A DNA stretch of 64,000 bases from an uncultured Clostridia bacterium (lineage in GTDB: Bacteria > Bacillota > Clostridia > TANB77 > CAG-508): assembly GCA_934129785.1 (NCBI GenBank), contig CAKOWW010000003.1, positions 24,315 to 88,314 of the forward strand, given 5' to 3'. Positions 20,708 through 29,414 of the stretch are shown one piece after another. The translations under genes were made by a program, and so were the position numbers. The number at the start of each line of letters is the position of its first letter. The first letter of the stretch is position 1. The notes under the pieces are model-generated. The model was not told the origin of the DNA, did no database searches, and worked only from the letters and a program-made list of their open reading frames with translations.

Positions 20708-20989
20708 ATGCAAGATGAATATATTAAAGAACAAAAAATATCAGATAAAACAGAAATCGAAAAAGAAATGGAATTAATCAAAAATATAATTAATACAAGA
20801 GAAGAGTTAAAAGCATATAATAATAATTTTGAATATGTAAAAGAAGATTTAGTCGATTATTATGTGTATCAAATAAAAGCAAATCAGGCAAAGCTGGACT
20901 ATTTAATAAAACTTGCAAAAAGTAAGGGAGTACAAGTAGATATGATTAATGATAAAAAATTCACATTTTTAAGTAAAGAAGCAGGTTAA
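20708..20989 (+). CDS. yaaL: YaaL-family protein (DUF2508)
   Basis: 93-aa protein with VDYYVYQIKANQAKLDYLIKLAK signature; conserved position immediately upstream of bofA. Confidence 0.6.
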   Translation: MQDEYIKEQKISDKTEIEKEMELIKNIINTREELKAYNNNFEYVKEDLVDYYVYQIKANQAKLDYLIKLAKSKGVQVDMINDKKFTFLSKEAG

Positions 20990-21056
20990 AATGTAATATT
21001 TGTCCTAATTTCAACATAAAAATTAAAAGAGATAATTTGTGTTTGGAGTTGATTTT

Positions 21057-21317
21057 ATGGATACAAATATTATTACATATTTAGCTTGTATATGTTTTAT
21101 TTTCATATTTGGAAGAATTTTAATAGTTCCAATAACTAAAATATTAAAATTAATTTTTAATTCTATTTTAGGTGGTGGAGTTATTTTTATAATAAATTTA
21201 ATTGGTTCTACATTTGGATTTCATATAGGGTTAAATTTTTTTACAAGCATAGTAGTTGGATTATTGGGATTTCCAGGTGCCGTAAGCTTAATAATTATAA
21301 AATTATTACTAAACTAA
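21057..21317 (+). CDS. bofA: sigma-K processing regulatory protein BofA
   Basis: Small two-TM protein with GGG..GFHIGLN..GLLGFPG motif; start set at the ATG at 21057. Confidence 0.7.
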   Translation: MDTNIITYLACICFIFIFGRILIVPITKILKLIFNSILGGGVIFIINLIGSTFGFHIGLNFFTSIVVGLLGFPGAVSLIIIKLLLN

Positions 21318-21354
21318 AAACTAGCTAACACTTTTTGCGTTAGCTAGTTTTACT

Positions 21355-23193
21355 TTATTCAACTGTAACTGATTTTGCTAAGTTTCTAGGTTTATCTACA
21401 TCTAATCCTTTTTCCTTAGAAATATAATATGAAAGTAATTGTAGTGGTACAACAGATAATATAGGTGAGATAAATGGGTTTGTTTCAGGTATTTTAATAA
21501 CCAAATCAAACATAGTATTATCAACTTGTTGGTTTGTCACAACCAAAGTTTTTGCACCTCTTGTAATAACTTCTTGTATATTACTTACAGTTTTTTTAAC
21601 TAATTTAGGATCTGTCATTATACTAATTACAGTAATTCCATTTTCTATTAATGCTATAGGTCCATGTTTTAGCTCTCCTGCTGGATAACTTTCTGCATGT
21701 ATATAAGAAATCTCTTTAAGTTTTAAAGCAGACTCTCTTGCAACAGTTTCATCAACACCTCTACCTAAGAAAAATACATCTTTTTCTTGATAAATTTTAT
21801 GACCAAATTCTTTTACTTTATCAGCTGTTTTTAAAACCTCATCAAGTTTTTTAGGTAACTCAAGAATATCATGTTTTAAATGTGTAACTTCTTCTTTTTC
21901 AATTTCCATTGTTTCAGCAAAGTAAATTGATAATATAGAAAGTAGGGCAACTTGTGATGTATATGCTTTTGTAGATGCAACAGCAATTTCAGGACCAGCA
22001 TGAGTATAAATAGAATAGTCAGCTTCTCTAGTTATAGAGCTTCCTATAACATTGCTTATTGCAAGGGTTTTTGCTCCTTTTTCTCTTGAAAGTTTTAATG
22101 CTGCGATAGTATCTGCAGTTTCACCTGATTGAGATATAAAAATACATAAAGTTTTATCATCAATAATTAGATCTCTATATCTAAATTCAGAAGCAATATC
22201 AACTTCTGTTGGTATTTTGCAAAGTTTTTCTAAAATATTTTTAGCAACTAAACCAGCATGCATAGCAGTGCCACAAGCAACTAAATAAATTTTTCTTAAT
22301 CCACATAAATATTCTTTTGTAAAATCTAATTCTTCAAAATCACATTTTGCGTTTTCATTTAATTTCGCTCCTAAAGTTTCCCTAATTGCAGTTGGTTGTT
22401 CATATATTTCTTTTAACATATAATCTTCATATCCATCTTTTTCTGCACTTGTTGCATTCCATTCAATTACTTCAACTTTTTTCTCAATAGGATTTAAATC
22501 CATATCAAAGAATTTAACATCATTTCTTGTTAAAAGAACAAGTTCTAAATCATTTAAAAGATAGAAATTTCTTGTAAATGATAAAATAGCTGGAATATCA
22601 GAAGAAATGTAATTTTCATTTTCTCCTTTTCCTATAACTAAGGGGCTGTCTTTTCTTATTACAATCATATTATCAGGATACTTGCTTGAAATTATTTCTA
22701 AAGCAAAGCTTCCTTTTAAATCTTTACAAGCATTTCTTACAGCTCTTAAGAATTTTAGTTTATCATCTTTCTCATCTTTTGTGTAATAATAATGAATAAG
22801 ATTTGGTATAACTTCTGTATCTGTTTGAGAGTAGAAAGTATACCCATTATTTGTTAAAAAAGTTCTTAATTCATTGTAATTTTCAATAATTCCATTATGA
22901 ACAACTCCAAATGTTTTTGAATTATCATAATGAGGGTGAGAATTTTCTTTTGAAGGTTTTCCATGAGTTGCCCATCTTGTATGTGCTATACCAATTGTTC
23001 CTTCTAAATCATCAATTCCTGGTAATTTATATAAATTTTTGACTCTACCTTTATTTTTCATAAATGAAAGTCCATCTTTTTCTATTGTTGCAATCCCCGC
23101 TGAGTCATAACCTCTGTATTCTAATCTTAAAAGTCCGTTAATTAATATTGGACTTGCTTTTCTTGTTCCTATGTAACCTACAATTCCACACAT
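21355..23193 (-). CDS. glmS: glutamine--fructose-6-phosphate aminotransferase
   Basis: Starts MCGIVGYIG (the N-terminal Cys nucleophile). Two SIS domains. Ends ...VTVE. The ORF-track start at 23256 lies inside the ribozyme leader and is rejected. Confidence 0.9.
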   Translation of the reverse strand: MCGIVGYIGTRKASPILINGLLRLEYRGYDSAGIATIEKDGLSFMKNKGRVKNLYKLPGIDDLEGTIGIAHTRWATHGKPSKENSHPHYDNSKTFGVVHNGIIENYNELRTFLTNNGYTFYSQTDTEVIPNLIHYYYTKDEKDDKLKFLRAVRNACKDLKGSFALEIISSKYPDNMIVIRKDSPLVIGKGENENYISSDIPAILSFTRNFYLLNDLELVLLTRNDVKFFDMDLNPIEKKVEVIEWNATSAEKDGYEDYMLKEIYEQPTAIRETLGAKLNENAKCDFEELDFTKEYLCGLRKIYLVACGTAMHAGLVAKNILEKLCKIPTEVDIASEFRYRDLIIDDKTLCIFISQSGETADTIAALKLSREKGAKTLAISNVIGSSITREADYSIYTHAGPEIAVASTKAYTSQVALLSILSIYFAETMEIEKEEVTHLKHDILELPKKLDEVLKTADKVKEFGHKIYQEKDVFFLGRGVDETVARESALKLKEISYIHAESYPAGELKHGPIALIENGITVISIMTDPKLVKKTVSNIQEVITRGAKTLVVTNQQVDNTMFDLVIKIPETNPFISPILSVVPLQLLSYYISKEKGLDVDKPRNLAKSVTVE

Positions 23194-23227
23194 AGTAATC
23201 CTCCTTAATAATAAATTTAATATGGAA

Positions 23228-23392
23228 TTGAAAGCATGCAAAATAATGCTTATCATATTAAATTTTGTTACAATATTACTATTGCTTTTTAATTAATACT
23301 ATGGCTTAAGCTAGCCACTAGAGCATCCGCCGAATATTTCGATAACTCTAGACCTCGTCAACACTAATATGTAGTGTCCAGGCGCTTTATTA
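23228..23392 (-). ncRNA. glmS ribozyme (GlcN6P-sensing self-cleaving riboswitch) in the glmS 5' UTR
   Basis: Minus-strand sequence AAAGCGCCUGGACACUACAUAUUAGUGUUGACGAGGUCUAGAGUUAUCGAAAUAUUCGGCGGAUGC matches the conserved glmS ribozyme core (AGCGCC cleavage site, GACGAGG, GUUAUCGAA...UUCGGCGGAUGC). A P4 hairpin lies at 23231-23253. Confidence 0.85.
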
Positions 23393-23549
23393 TTTAACAT
23401 GTACTCCTTTCTTTTATTTTTTATTGTGCATTTCTTTCAACTTATGTTATTATATTATCCTAAAAATTGAAATGTTACAAGAGTATTTAGAAAATTTCTT
23501 GAATTTGGTCAAATTATAATATATAATTACGAAAGAAAAGAGGGATAAT

Positions 23550-24248
23550 ATGAAAAAAGTTGGAATTATAACAGCAATGGATGAAGAATGCGAAGCAATA
23601 GAAGACTTAATGCAAGATATAGAAAGAAAAGAGATATATGGAACTGAATTTATAGTAGGAAAAATAGAAAACAAAGAATGTGTGTTAGCTAGAAGTGGGG
23701 TAGGAAAAGTAAATGCTGCAAGAACTACACAAATAATGATAGATAAATTTGAAGTTGAATCTATAATGAACTTAGGTTCAGCAGGTGCAATAAATGAAGA
23801 TTTAGAAATAGGGGATATTGTAATAGGCGAACATGTAGTACAACATGACTTTGATATAACTGCATTTGGTCATAGCAAAGGATATATAACAGGTGTTGGG
23901 AATTTTGTAGAATGTGAAGGGAAACTTATTTATAAATTCCAGAAAGCAATAAAAAATCTTGAAGATAAAAATTACAAAATAAAAATGGGAATAGTTGCAA
24001 CAGGCGATATATTCTGTACAGAAGTTGAAATGAAAGAAAAAATAAGAACTAAATTTGATGCAGATGTTGTGGATATGGAGTGTGCAGCAATAGCTCAAGT
24101 AGCTTATTTGGACGAAATTCCTTTTGTTGTAGTAAGAAGTATATCTGATACACCAAATGGAGAAAATGCATCAACTTTTGAAGAAAACTTAAGATTAGCC
24201 TCAAAAAGATGTGCAGAAATTTTAAAAGAATATATGAGAGAAGAATAA
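23550..24248 (+). CDS. mtnN: 5'-methylthioadenosine/S-adenosylhomocysteine nucleosidase
   Basis: MKKVGIITAMDEE...GSAGAI...VATGDIF... pattern typical of MTA/SAH nucleosidase (Pfs). Confidence 0.8.
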   Translation: MKKVGIITAMDEECEAIEDLMQDIERKEIYGTEFIVGKIENKECVLARSGVGKVNAARTTQIMIDKFEVESIMNLGSAGAINEDLEIGDIVIGEHVVQHDFDITAFGHSKGYITGVGNFVECEGKLIYKFQKAIKNLEDKNYKIKMGIVATGDIFCTEVEMKEKIRTKFDADVVDMECAAIAQVAYLDEIPFVVVRSISDTPNGENASTFEENLRLASKRCAEILKEYMREE

Positions 24249-24272
24249 ACACTTGACTTTACATAAAAAATA

Positions 24273-24323
24273 GTATAGAATACAAAACAAGAATTTAATT
24301 CTTAATTTGTATTCTATTTTTTA
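24273..24323 (+). terminator. rho-independent terminator after mtnN
   Basis: Long palindrome atagaatacaaaacaagaatt/aattcttaatttgtattctat followed by TTTTTT. Confidence 0.6.
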
Positions 24324-24459
24324 TATCAAAAATCTTAAAAAATCCAAAAAAATGAAAAAGAAAGAGAAAAAACATGAAAGGAAGTGATAATACATTTATT
24401 TTACCAGTAAAACAAAATTGACAAAGAAGTCAATAAAATATAATATTAGGAGGAGATAA

Positions 24460-25479
24460 ATGAACGAAGTAATATATTGCAATTATGGATTACAAAAGAG
24501 TAAAATAGAAAATTATTATAGACAAGAAAAAAGATCATTTTTTTGCATGGTAAAAGAAGATGAAGCTGAATATGAAATTGAGGTAAATCAGCCACACGAT
24601 AAAGGTTATAAAATAATTTTGGGAGATAAGGGAGAAGCAGCAAACTTTATTAGTAAAAGTTTAAACATAGAGATAGGACCAAAGGACATAGAAAAATATA
24701 CAACACATTTTATAACAAATAATTTTAGAAATAAGGATACAGACGTTGTTTATAAATTGAAGAATCAAAAAATATTTTTTCTTATTGAACACCAATCAAG
24801 TGTGGATTATGCAATGCCTTACAGATTGTTAATGTATGAAATGGAAATAATAAAAAGTGCTGTTGATGAAAAAAAGTTGCACATGTCAGATTATAAAATT
24901 CCAACAGTATATTCAATAGTATTATATACAGGAAAAAGAAAATGGAATGTAAAAAATGATTTTAATGAAATGCAAGAAAAACTAAAAGGAACATCGGCAA
25001 TCACATTAACAAATTATTATTTAGCAGACATAAGCAAAATGAAAGATGAAGAATTAATGGAAGATAAAAATTTATTATCAAAAGTGATGTTGTTAGATAA
25101 ATCCAAAACCAAAGATGAGCTTGAACGAAATTTGAATGAAATCACACAAAGACAAATGGTAGATGAAAAGAAAAATACCCTAAAAAAGATAATATATTTT
25201 ACTTTAGTAAAAAAAATAGGAATTGAAAAAGCTAAAGAATATTTAAAGAAATTAGAGAAAGGAGATTATAAAAGTATGTCTATGTTTGAAAAATATTTAG
25301 AAGATTTATTTGATAAAGGAGAGGAAAAGGGAATAGAAAAAGGAGTTCAAAATACAATAGAAAAGATTGTGAAAAACATGATAAAGAATAATTTGGCTGA
25401 TAAACAAATTATGAAAATTGCAAATATATCAAAAGAAAAATTGCTAGAAATCAAAAGTAAAATATTAGTACAAAAATAA
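24460..25479 (+). CDS. Rpn-family recombination-promoting nuclease / putative transposase (PD-(D/E)XK, YhgA-like)
   Basis: FFLIEHQSSVDYAMPYRLLMYEMEI core typical of the Rpn/transposase_31 family; 339 aa. Confidence 0.65.
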   Translation: MNEVIYCNYGLQKSKIENYYRQEKRSFFCMVKEDEAEYEIEVNQPHDKGYKIILGDKGEAANFISKSLNIEIGPKDIEKYTTHFITNNFRNKDTDVVYKLKNQKIFFLIEHQSSVDYAMPYRLLMYEMEIIKSAVDEKKLHMSDYKIPTVYSIVLYTGKRKWNVKNDFNEMQEKLKGTSAITLTNYYLADISKMKDEELMEDKNLLSKVMLLDKSKTKDELERNLNEITQRQMVDEKKNTLKKIIYFTLVKKIGIEKAKEYLKKLEKGDYKSMSMFEKYLEDLFDKGEEKGIEKGVQNTIEKIVKNMIKNNLADKQIMKIANISKEKLLEIKSKILVQK

Positions 25480-25561
25480 TTTACAAACAATTCACAAAAA
25501 TGGCTTGTATAAAATTTATTAATTAGTATATAATCTATATAGATTGAAAGGAGTGATTTTT

Positions 25562-26638
25562 GTGGATAGAAAAATCAAAGTAATTCAATATGGTGTGGGC
25601 AAAATGAGTGTATATACAATGAGATATGTATACGAAAAGGGAGCTGAAATTGTAGGAGCAATTGATGTAAACCCAGCAGTAATAGGAAAAGACATAGGTG
25701 AAATAATGGGAATAGAAAACAAAGGAGTAAAAGTTGTATCAGTTGAAGATGCTGAAAAAATGATACAAGAAACAAAACCTGATATTGCAATAGTAACAAC
25801 AATGAGCTTAATTAAAGATGTAGAAGATGCATTAATGTTATGTGCAAAATTAGGTGTAAATGCAATAACAACTTGTGAAGAGGCTTTTTACCCAATGAAT
25901 TCAAACCCAGCAATAACTAAAAAATTAGATGAAATGGCTAAAAAAACAAATTGTACAATAACAGGAAGTGGATATCAAGATATTTATTGGGGACAACTTA
26001 TATCAAGTATTGCAGGCTCAACACATACAATTAAAAAAATTAAAGGAAGTTCAAGCTACAATGTAGAGGACTATGGAATAGCCTTAGCTAAAGCACATGG
26101 TTCAGGATTAACTTTAGAAGAATTTGACAAACAAGTAGCATCAGTAGATAGAATATCAGATGAAGAAAGAAAAGAAATGATAGAAAAAGGAGAATATTTA
26201 CCTTCATATATGTGGAATGTAAATGGTTGGTTATGTGATAAATTAGGACTTACAGTAAAATCACAAACACAAAAAACAGTGCCACAAACATATTCAGAGG
26301 ATATATATTCAACAACTTTAGGAATGACAGTAAAAGCTGGAGACGCAACAGGAATGAGTGCAGTTGTTACAACTGAAACAGAAGAGGGAATAACAATTGA
26401 AAGTGAATGTATAGGAAAAGTATATGCTAAAGATGAATTTGATAAGAATGAATGGACAATAATTGGAGAACCTGAAACAACATTAGTTATAAATAAACCA
26501 GCAACAGTTGAACTTACTTGTGCAAGTGTTGTTAATAGAATCCCAGATGTTATGAATTCAAAAGCGGGTTATGTTCCAACAGAAGAAATGGGAGACTTAT
26601 ATTATAGAATAAAACCATTAAATGAATATGTAAGATAG
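25562..26638 (+). CDS. DapB-fold NAD(P)-dependent oxidoreductase, 2,4-diaminopentanoate-dehydrogenase-like
   Basis: N-terminal Rossmann fold KIKVIQYGVGKMSVYTMRYV; GTG start at 25562 preceded by AAGGAG; overall length and pattern resemble the Ord / amine dehydrogenase family. Confidence 0.45.
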   Translation: MDRKIKVIQYGVGKMSVYTMRYVYEKGAEIVGAIDVNPAVIGKDIGEIMGIENKGVKVVSVEDAEKMIQETKPDIAIVTTMSLIKDVEDALMLCAKLGVNAITTCEEAFYPMNSNPAITKKLDEMAKKTNCTITGSGYQDIYWGQLISSIAGSTHTIKKIKGSSSYNVEDYGIALAKAHGSGLTLEEFDKQVASVDRISDEERKEMIEKGEYLPSYMWNVNGWLCDKLGLTVKSQTQKTVPQTYSEDIYSTTLGMTVKAGDATGMSAVVTTETEEGITIESECIGKVYAKDEFDKNEWTIIGEPETTLVINKPATVELTCASVVNRIPDVMNSKAGYVPTEEMGDLYYRIKPLNEYVR

Positions 26639-26762
26639 ACTAACAATTTACATTATCTGTAAAAATATTCTTGAGGACTTGATTTTTTCTTGTATTTATG
26701 TTATAATACCTCTGTATTGAGAAAAGAGAGGTGAAAAACTTAAAGTAAAACTTTAAGCAAAT

Positions 26763-27056
26763 ATGAATGTTTTAAAAGTAATAAAAGACTTTTGTGGAGT
26801 TGGAGAAGTAGAAGTATCAGATGCTATAATTAAAACAAATGCAGAAGATGTTAATGGATTAGTATCTCCTATTAATGAAAAAATAATGAAAGAATCATGT
26901 AAAAGGGTTGAAAAGCTAGAAGAAGAGTTTACTATTCCAAATGACAGAAAAACAACATTAGAAAAAAAGCAAAAGCCAAAAAAAGTAATGAATATAGATA
27001 ATGATAATAAAACTGGTAATGTAAGAAATAAAGGAAATATAGAAAAAGAAAGATGA
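26763..27056 (+). CDS. hypothetical 97-aa protein
   Basis: ORF preceded by a TTGATT-17-TATAAT promoter and two 5' hairpins but no SD close to the ATG. Uncertain. Confidence 0.35.
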   Translation: MNVLKVIKDFCGVGEVEVSDAIIKTNAEDVNGLVSPINEKIMKESCKRVEKLEEEFTIPNDRKTTLEKKQKPKKVMNIDNDNKTGNVRNKGNIEKER

Positions 27057-27092
27057 ATATACAAGAAATTTTAGATTTCTTGTATTTTTATC

Positions 27093-27121
27093 TTGACAAA
27101 TGGAAAAACTACCGTTATAAT
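27093..27121 (+). promoter_or_regulatory. strong sigmaA promoter TTGACA-17-TATAAT for tRNA-Met
   Basis: Consensus hexamers. The spacer aatggaaaaac resembles that of the S10 operon promoter at 41809. Confidence 0.6.
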
Positions 27122-27154
27122 AGATTTTGTCAGTTATCATTGCTGACACAACCT

Positions 27155-27231
27155 GGCGAAGTAGCTCAGTTGGCTAGAGCATTCGGTTCATACCCGAAGG
27201 GTCATGTGTTCGAATCACATCTTCGCTACCA
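27155..27231 (+). tRNA. elongator tRNA-Met (anticodon CAU), CCA encoded
   Basis: Cloverleaf: acceptor GGCGAAG/CTTCGCT, D-arm GCTC..GAGC, anticodon stem TTCGG/CCGAA with loop TTCATAC, T-arm ATGTG-TTCGAAT-CACAT, then ACCA. The GGTTCATACCC anticodon arm is typical of elongator Met. Confidence 0.85.
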
Positions 27232-27238
27232 ATAAATT

Positions 27239-27262
27239 AGCCCATTTGAGGGCTTTTTTTTA
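27239..27262 (+). terminator. terminator after tRNA-Met
   Basis: agccc-atttga-gggct followed by TTTTTTTT. Confidence 0.6.
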
Positions 27263-27466
27263 TTATAGGAAATTCATTTGATGAAGTACAAAACAAAATA
27301 ATTGTAAAATTTTACTGTGTTCGCTTGTTTTGGGGTAAAAAATGTTATATAGTGTTATACATAGAAAATGAGAATAAGCGGAGTGTGTTGCCACCTTTAA
27401 CTCTTTGATGTTTACATACTACTTCCACGACTTCTGGTTGTGAGATTGATATATGGGGGTGGTTAA

Positions 27467-27577
27467 TATGGTAGAATCAGTATTATTAAGTATTACATAC
27501 CTACTTTTCTTTGGATTAGTAGGAATGGCTATCATAAATGTTGCCTTGTTAATCATCATTTGTATTTTACTACATAG
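27467..27577 (+). CDS. 36-aa hydrophobic peptide, type I toxin-like (MVESVLLSITYLLFFGLVGMAIINVCLVNHHLYFTT)
   Basis: Strong SD GGGGGTGG 6 nt before the ATG; single TM helix; followed by a hairpin terminator. A convergent antisense transcript is predicted on the other strand. Confidence 0.5.
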   Translation, partial: YGRISIIKYYIPTFLWISRNGYHKCCLVNHHLYFTT

Positions 27578-27581
27578 GCAA

Positions 27582-27663
27582 TAAAAAATAAACCATTCTG
27601 CTTTTGACCGAGTGAATGGTTTATCTATTTCTCTGGCAACCACTTTCGTGGCTCTCATTTTCT
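27582..27663 (-). ncRNA. putative ~80-nt antisense sRNA (candidate type I antitoxin) convergent with the peptide gene
   Basis: Minus-strand promoter TTGACT-17-TATAAT (27698-27670). Transcript ends in a perfect terminator AAACCAUUC..GAAUGGUUU followed by UUUUUU, sharing the terminator hairpin region with the toxin mRNA 3' end. Confidence 0.4.
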
Positions 27664-27669
27664 ATTTTT

Positions 27670-27698
27670 ATTATACACAGATTTTTAAAAAAAGTCAA
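27670..27698 (-). promoter_or_regulatory. sigmaA promoter TTGACT-17-TATAAT on the minus strand
   Basis: Reverse complement of agtcaa(27693-27698) ... attata(27670-27675) with a 17-nt spacer. Confidence 0.5.
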
Positions 27699-27777
27699 TT
27701 TTTTATAGTAATATTTTATAAAAATGTATGCAACCGTGTATGCAACTAGAAAATAATATTTAATAAAAGTTTTATTA

Positions 27778-27823
27778 GTTCATACCCGAAGGACCACGTG
27801 TTCGAATCACATCTTCGCTACCA
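27778..27823 (+). repeat. direct repeat of the 3' 46 nt of tRNA-Met (anticodon loop to CCA); att-like scar
   Basis: gttcatacccgaagg...tgttcgaatcacatcttcgctacca is identical to tRNA positions 32-77 except for 3 mismatches in the variable/T-stem region. Confidence 0.8.
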
Positions 27824-28066
27824 TTCAAATAAAAATTAAAATAGCTTGTATCAACAGATACTTGCTATTTTTTTGGGACAATAAAAAAGATAATAGTTAA
27901 TAGTCTTATAAATAATATGTCAAATTAATAATTTCATAAATAAAAATTATATATAAAAACAGTATTTTAAAATTTCATAAATTAAAAATACATTTTCGTA
28001 AAATAAAATGAAAAATTTTAAAATCTAGTGATAAAATCCATATAACAAAATAAAGAGGTGATACAA

Positions 28067-28693
28067 ATGATTGATAGAATCTGTGCCTTTTTAACTAAAA
28101 GAATTAGAAAAGAAATGCCTGAAATTGATGACGAAAGAGCAGAAGTGATTTTCTATGGATTACAAAATATAGTAGGAGAAATTCCCAAAATATTTATAAT
28201 GCTAGGAATAGCATATATATTAGGAATATTCAAATGGTCATTATTTACTTTTTTAGCATTATTCCCATATAAAGGAACATCAGGTGGAGTACATTTAAAA
28301 ACACATATAGGTTGCACAATATTTACAACAATGTTTTATTGTATAATACCGTTTGCATCCCAATATATAGTGTTACCACAAATTGCAAAATATTTAGTGA
28401 TAGCATGTGTTTGGATATTTGGAATGATAATGATAAAACTTTATGCACCAGCTGACACAGAAGATGTACCAATATTAGAAGAAGGCGTACGAAAGAAGAA
28501 AAGGATAGTGGCATATATAACATTTTCATTAGGGATGCTTGTTGCTCTAATAACAGATAATAATATGATTACAAATATTTTAGTATTAGCAAATTTATTT
28601 CAAACAATTACAATTACTAAATTTATTTATAAATTGACAAATAGTAAGTATGGCTACGAAGTATATGGAGATACTTCAACTGAAATAGTTTGA
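28067..28693 (+). CDS. agrB: accessory gene regulator B (AgrD-processing membrane peptidase)
   Basis: ~200 aa polytopic protein; N-terminal ERAEVIFYGLQ and catalytic GGVHLKTHIGC (His/Cys) typical of AgrB; ATG at 28067 after AAAGAGGTGA. Confidence 0.75.
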   Translation: MIDRICAFLTKRIRKEMPEIDDERAEVIFYGLQNIVGEIPKIFIMLGIAYILGIFKWSLFTFLALFPYKGTSGGVHLKTHIGCTIFTTMFYCIIPFASQYIVLPQIAKYLVIACVWIFGMIMIKLYAPADTEDVPILEEGVRKKKRIVAYITFSLGMLVALITDNNMITNILVLANLFQTITITKFIYKLTNSKYGYEVYGDTSTEIV

Positions 28694-28756
28694 TATAAAA
28701 TATGTACCGGTAATATTTTATGTTATATAGATTTTTATACTAAGGAGGGGATGTTT

Positions 28757-28876
28757 ATGTTAAAATTTTTAGCAAAAACAGCAGAAAAATACGCAAAAGC
28801 AACAAATACGGCATGCTTTGTTATGGGGATATTTCACCAACCTAAAATGCCAAAATGTATGATAAAAAAAGATTAA
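28757..28876 (+). CDS. agrD: autoinducing peptide precursor AgrD (MLKFLAKTAEKYAKATNTACFVMGIFHQPKMPKCMIKKD)
   Basis: 39-aa ORF 60 nt after agrB with SD AAGGAGGGG. N-terminal amphipathic helix, then a Cys-containing AIP region, then the HQP motif seen in clostridial AgrD. Below the ORF-track size cutoff. Confidence 0.65.
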   Translation: MLKFLAKTAEKYAKATNTACFVMGIFHQPKMPKCMIKKD

Positions 28877-29034
28877 TTATAAACTAGTTCATTGGTAAAT
28901 ATAGCTTGAAAATGATATATTTACCAATGATATAACTTAAAAGTTATATTTATATACAATCCAAGAAAGAAAGTACTTTAAAGGAAAACTATTTTTAGTA
29001 ACATCCTTTAAAGTATTTTTTTTATGTTTTAAAA

Positions 29035-29335
29035 AACTATTTCGGAAGAGAAGAAATAAAGTCTGGAACCAAAGAATTGGTAAGAAGTATATTAGAAGAA
29101 GAAATAACTGAAATAGATTTAGAACAAAATCAAATACTAGAAAAAACATAAAAGACGAAAAAATAGGAATACTAGACATAAGAGCTAAACAACAATACAA
29201 ACTGCGATGTAGAAATACAATTAGAAGACCAAAAGAACATAGAAAAAAGAGCGTTATATTATTGGTCAAAAATGTATATAGAAAGTATAAAAGCAAACGG
29301 ATTTGGAAAACATAGTGGTGGAAGAAAATTCGTGT
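29035..29335 (+). pseudogene. degraded fragment of an Rpn-family (PD-(D/E)XK) nuclease gene
   Basis: Out-of-frame pieces ...KIGILDIRAK... and CDVEIQLEDQKNIEKRALYYWSKMYIESIKANGFG match the conserved core of the Rpn/transposase_31 family (compare the intact copy at 24460). Multiple stops and frameshifts. Confidence 0.5.
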
Positions 29336-29414
29336 ACAAACTTTTAGTACAAATATAGAATATGCTCAGAGAAAAAAGAAAAATTATGAATTATAAAAAA
29401 TGGGAGAGAATAAA

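Noticed and set aside
23194-23256. N-terminal extension of glmS (ORF-track start at 23256)
   Set aside because: GlmS must begin at Met-Cys (MCGIVGY). The extension lies within the glmS ribozyme.
27419-27658. 79-aa minus-strand ORF overlapping the toxin-like peptide gene
   Set aside because: No SD. It overlaps the well-signalled plus-strand peptide and the terminator hairpins. This region is better explained as an antisense sRNA.
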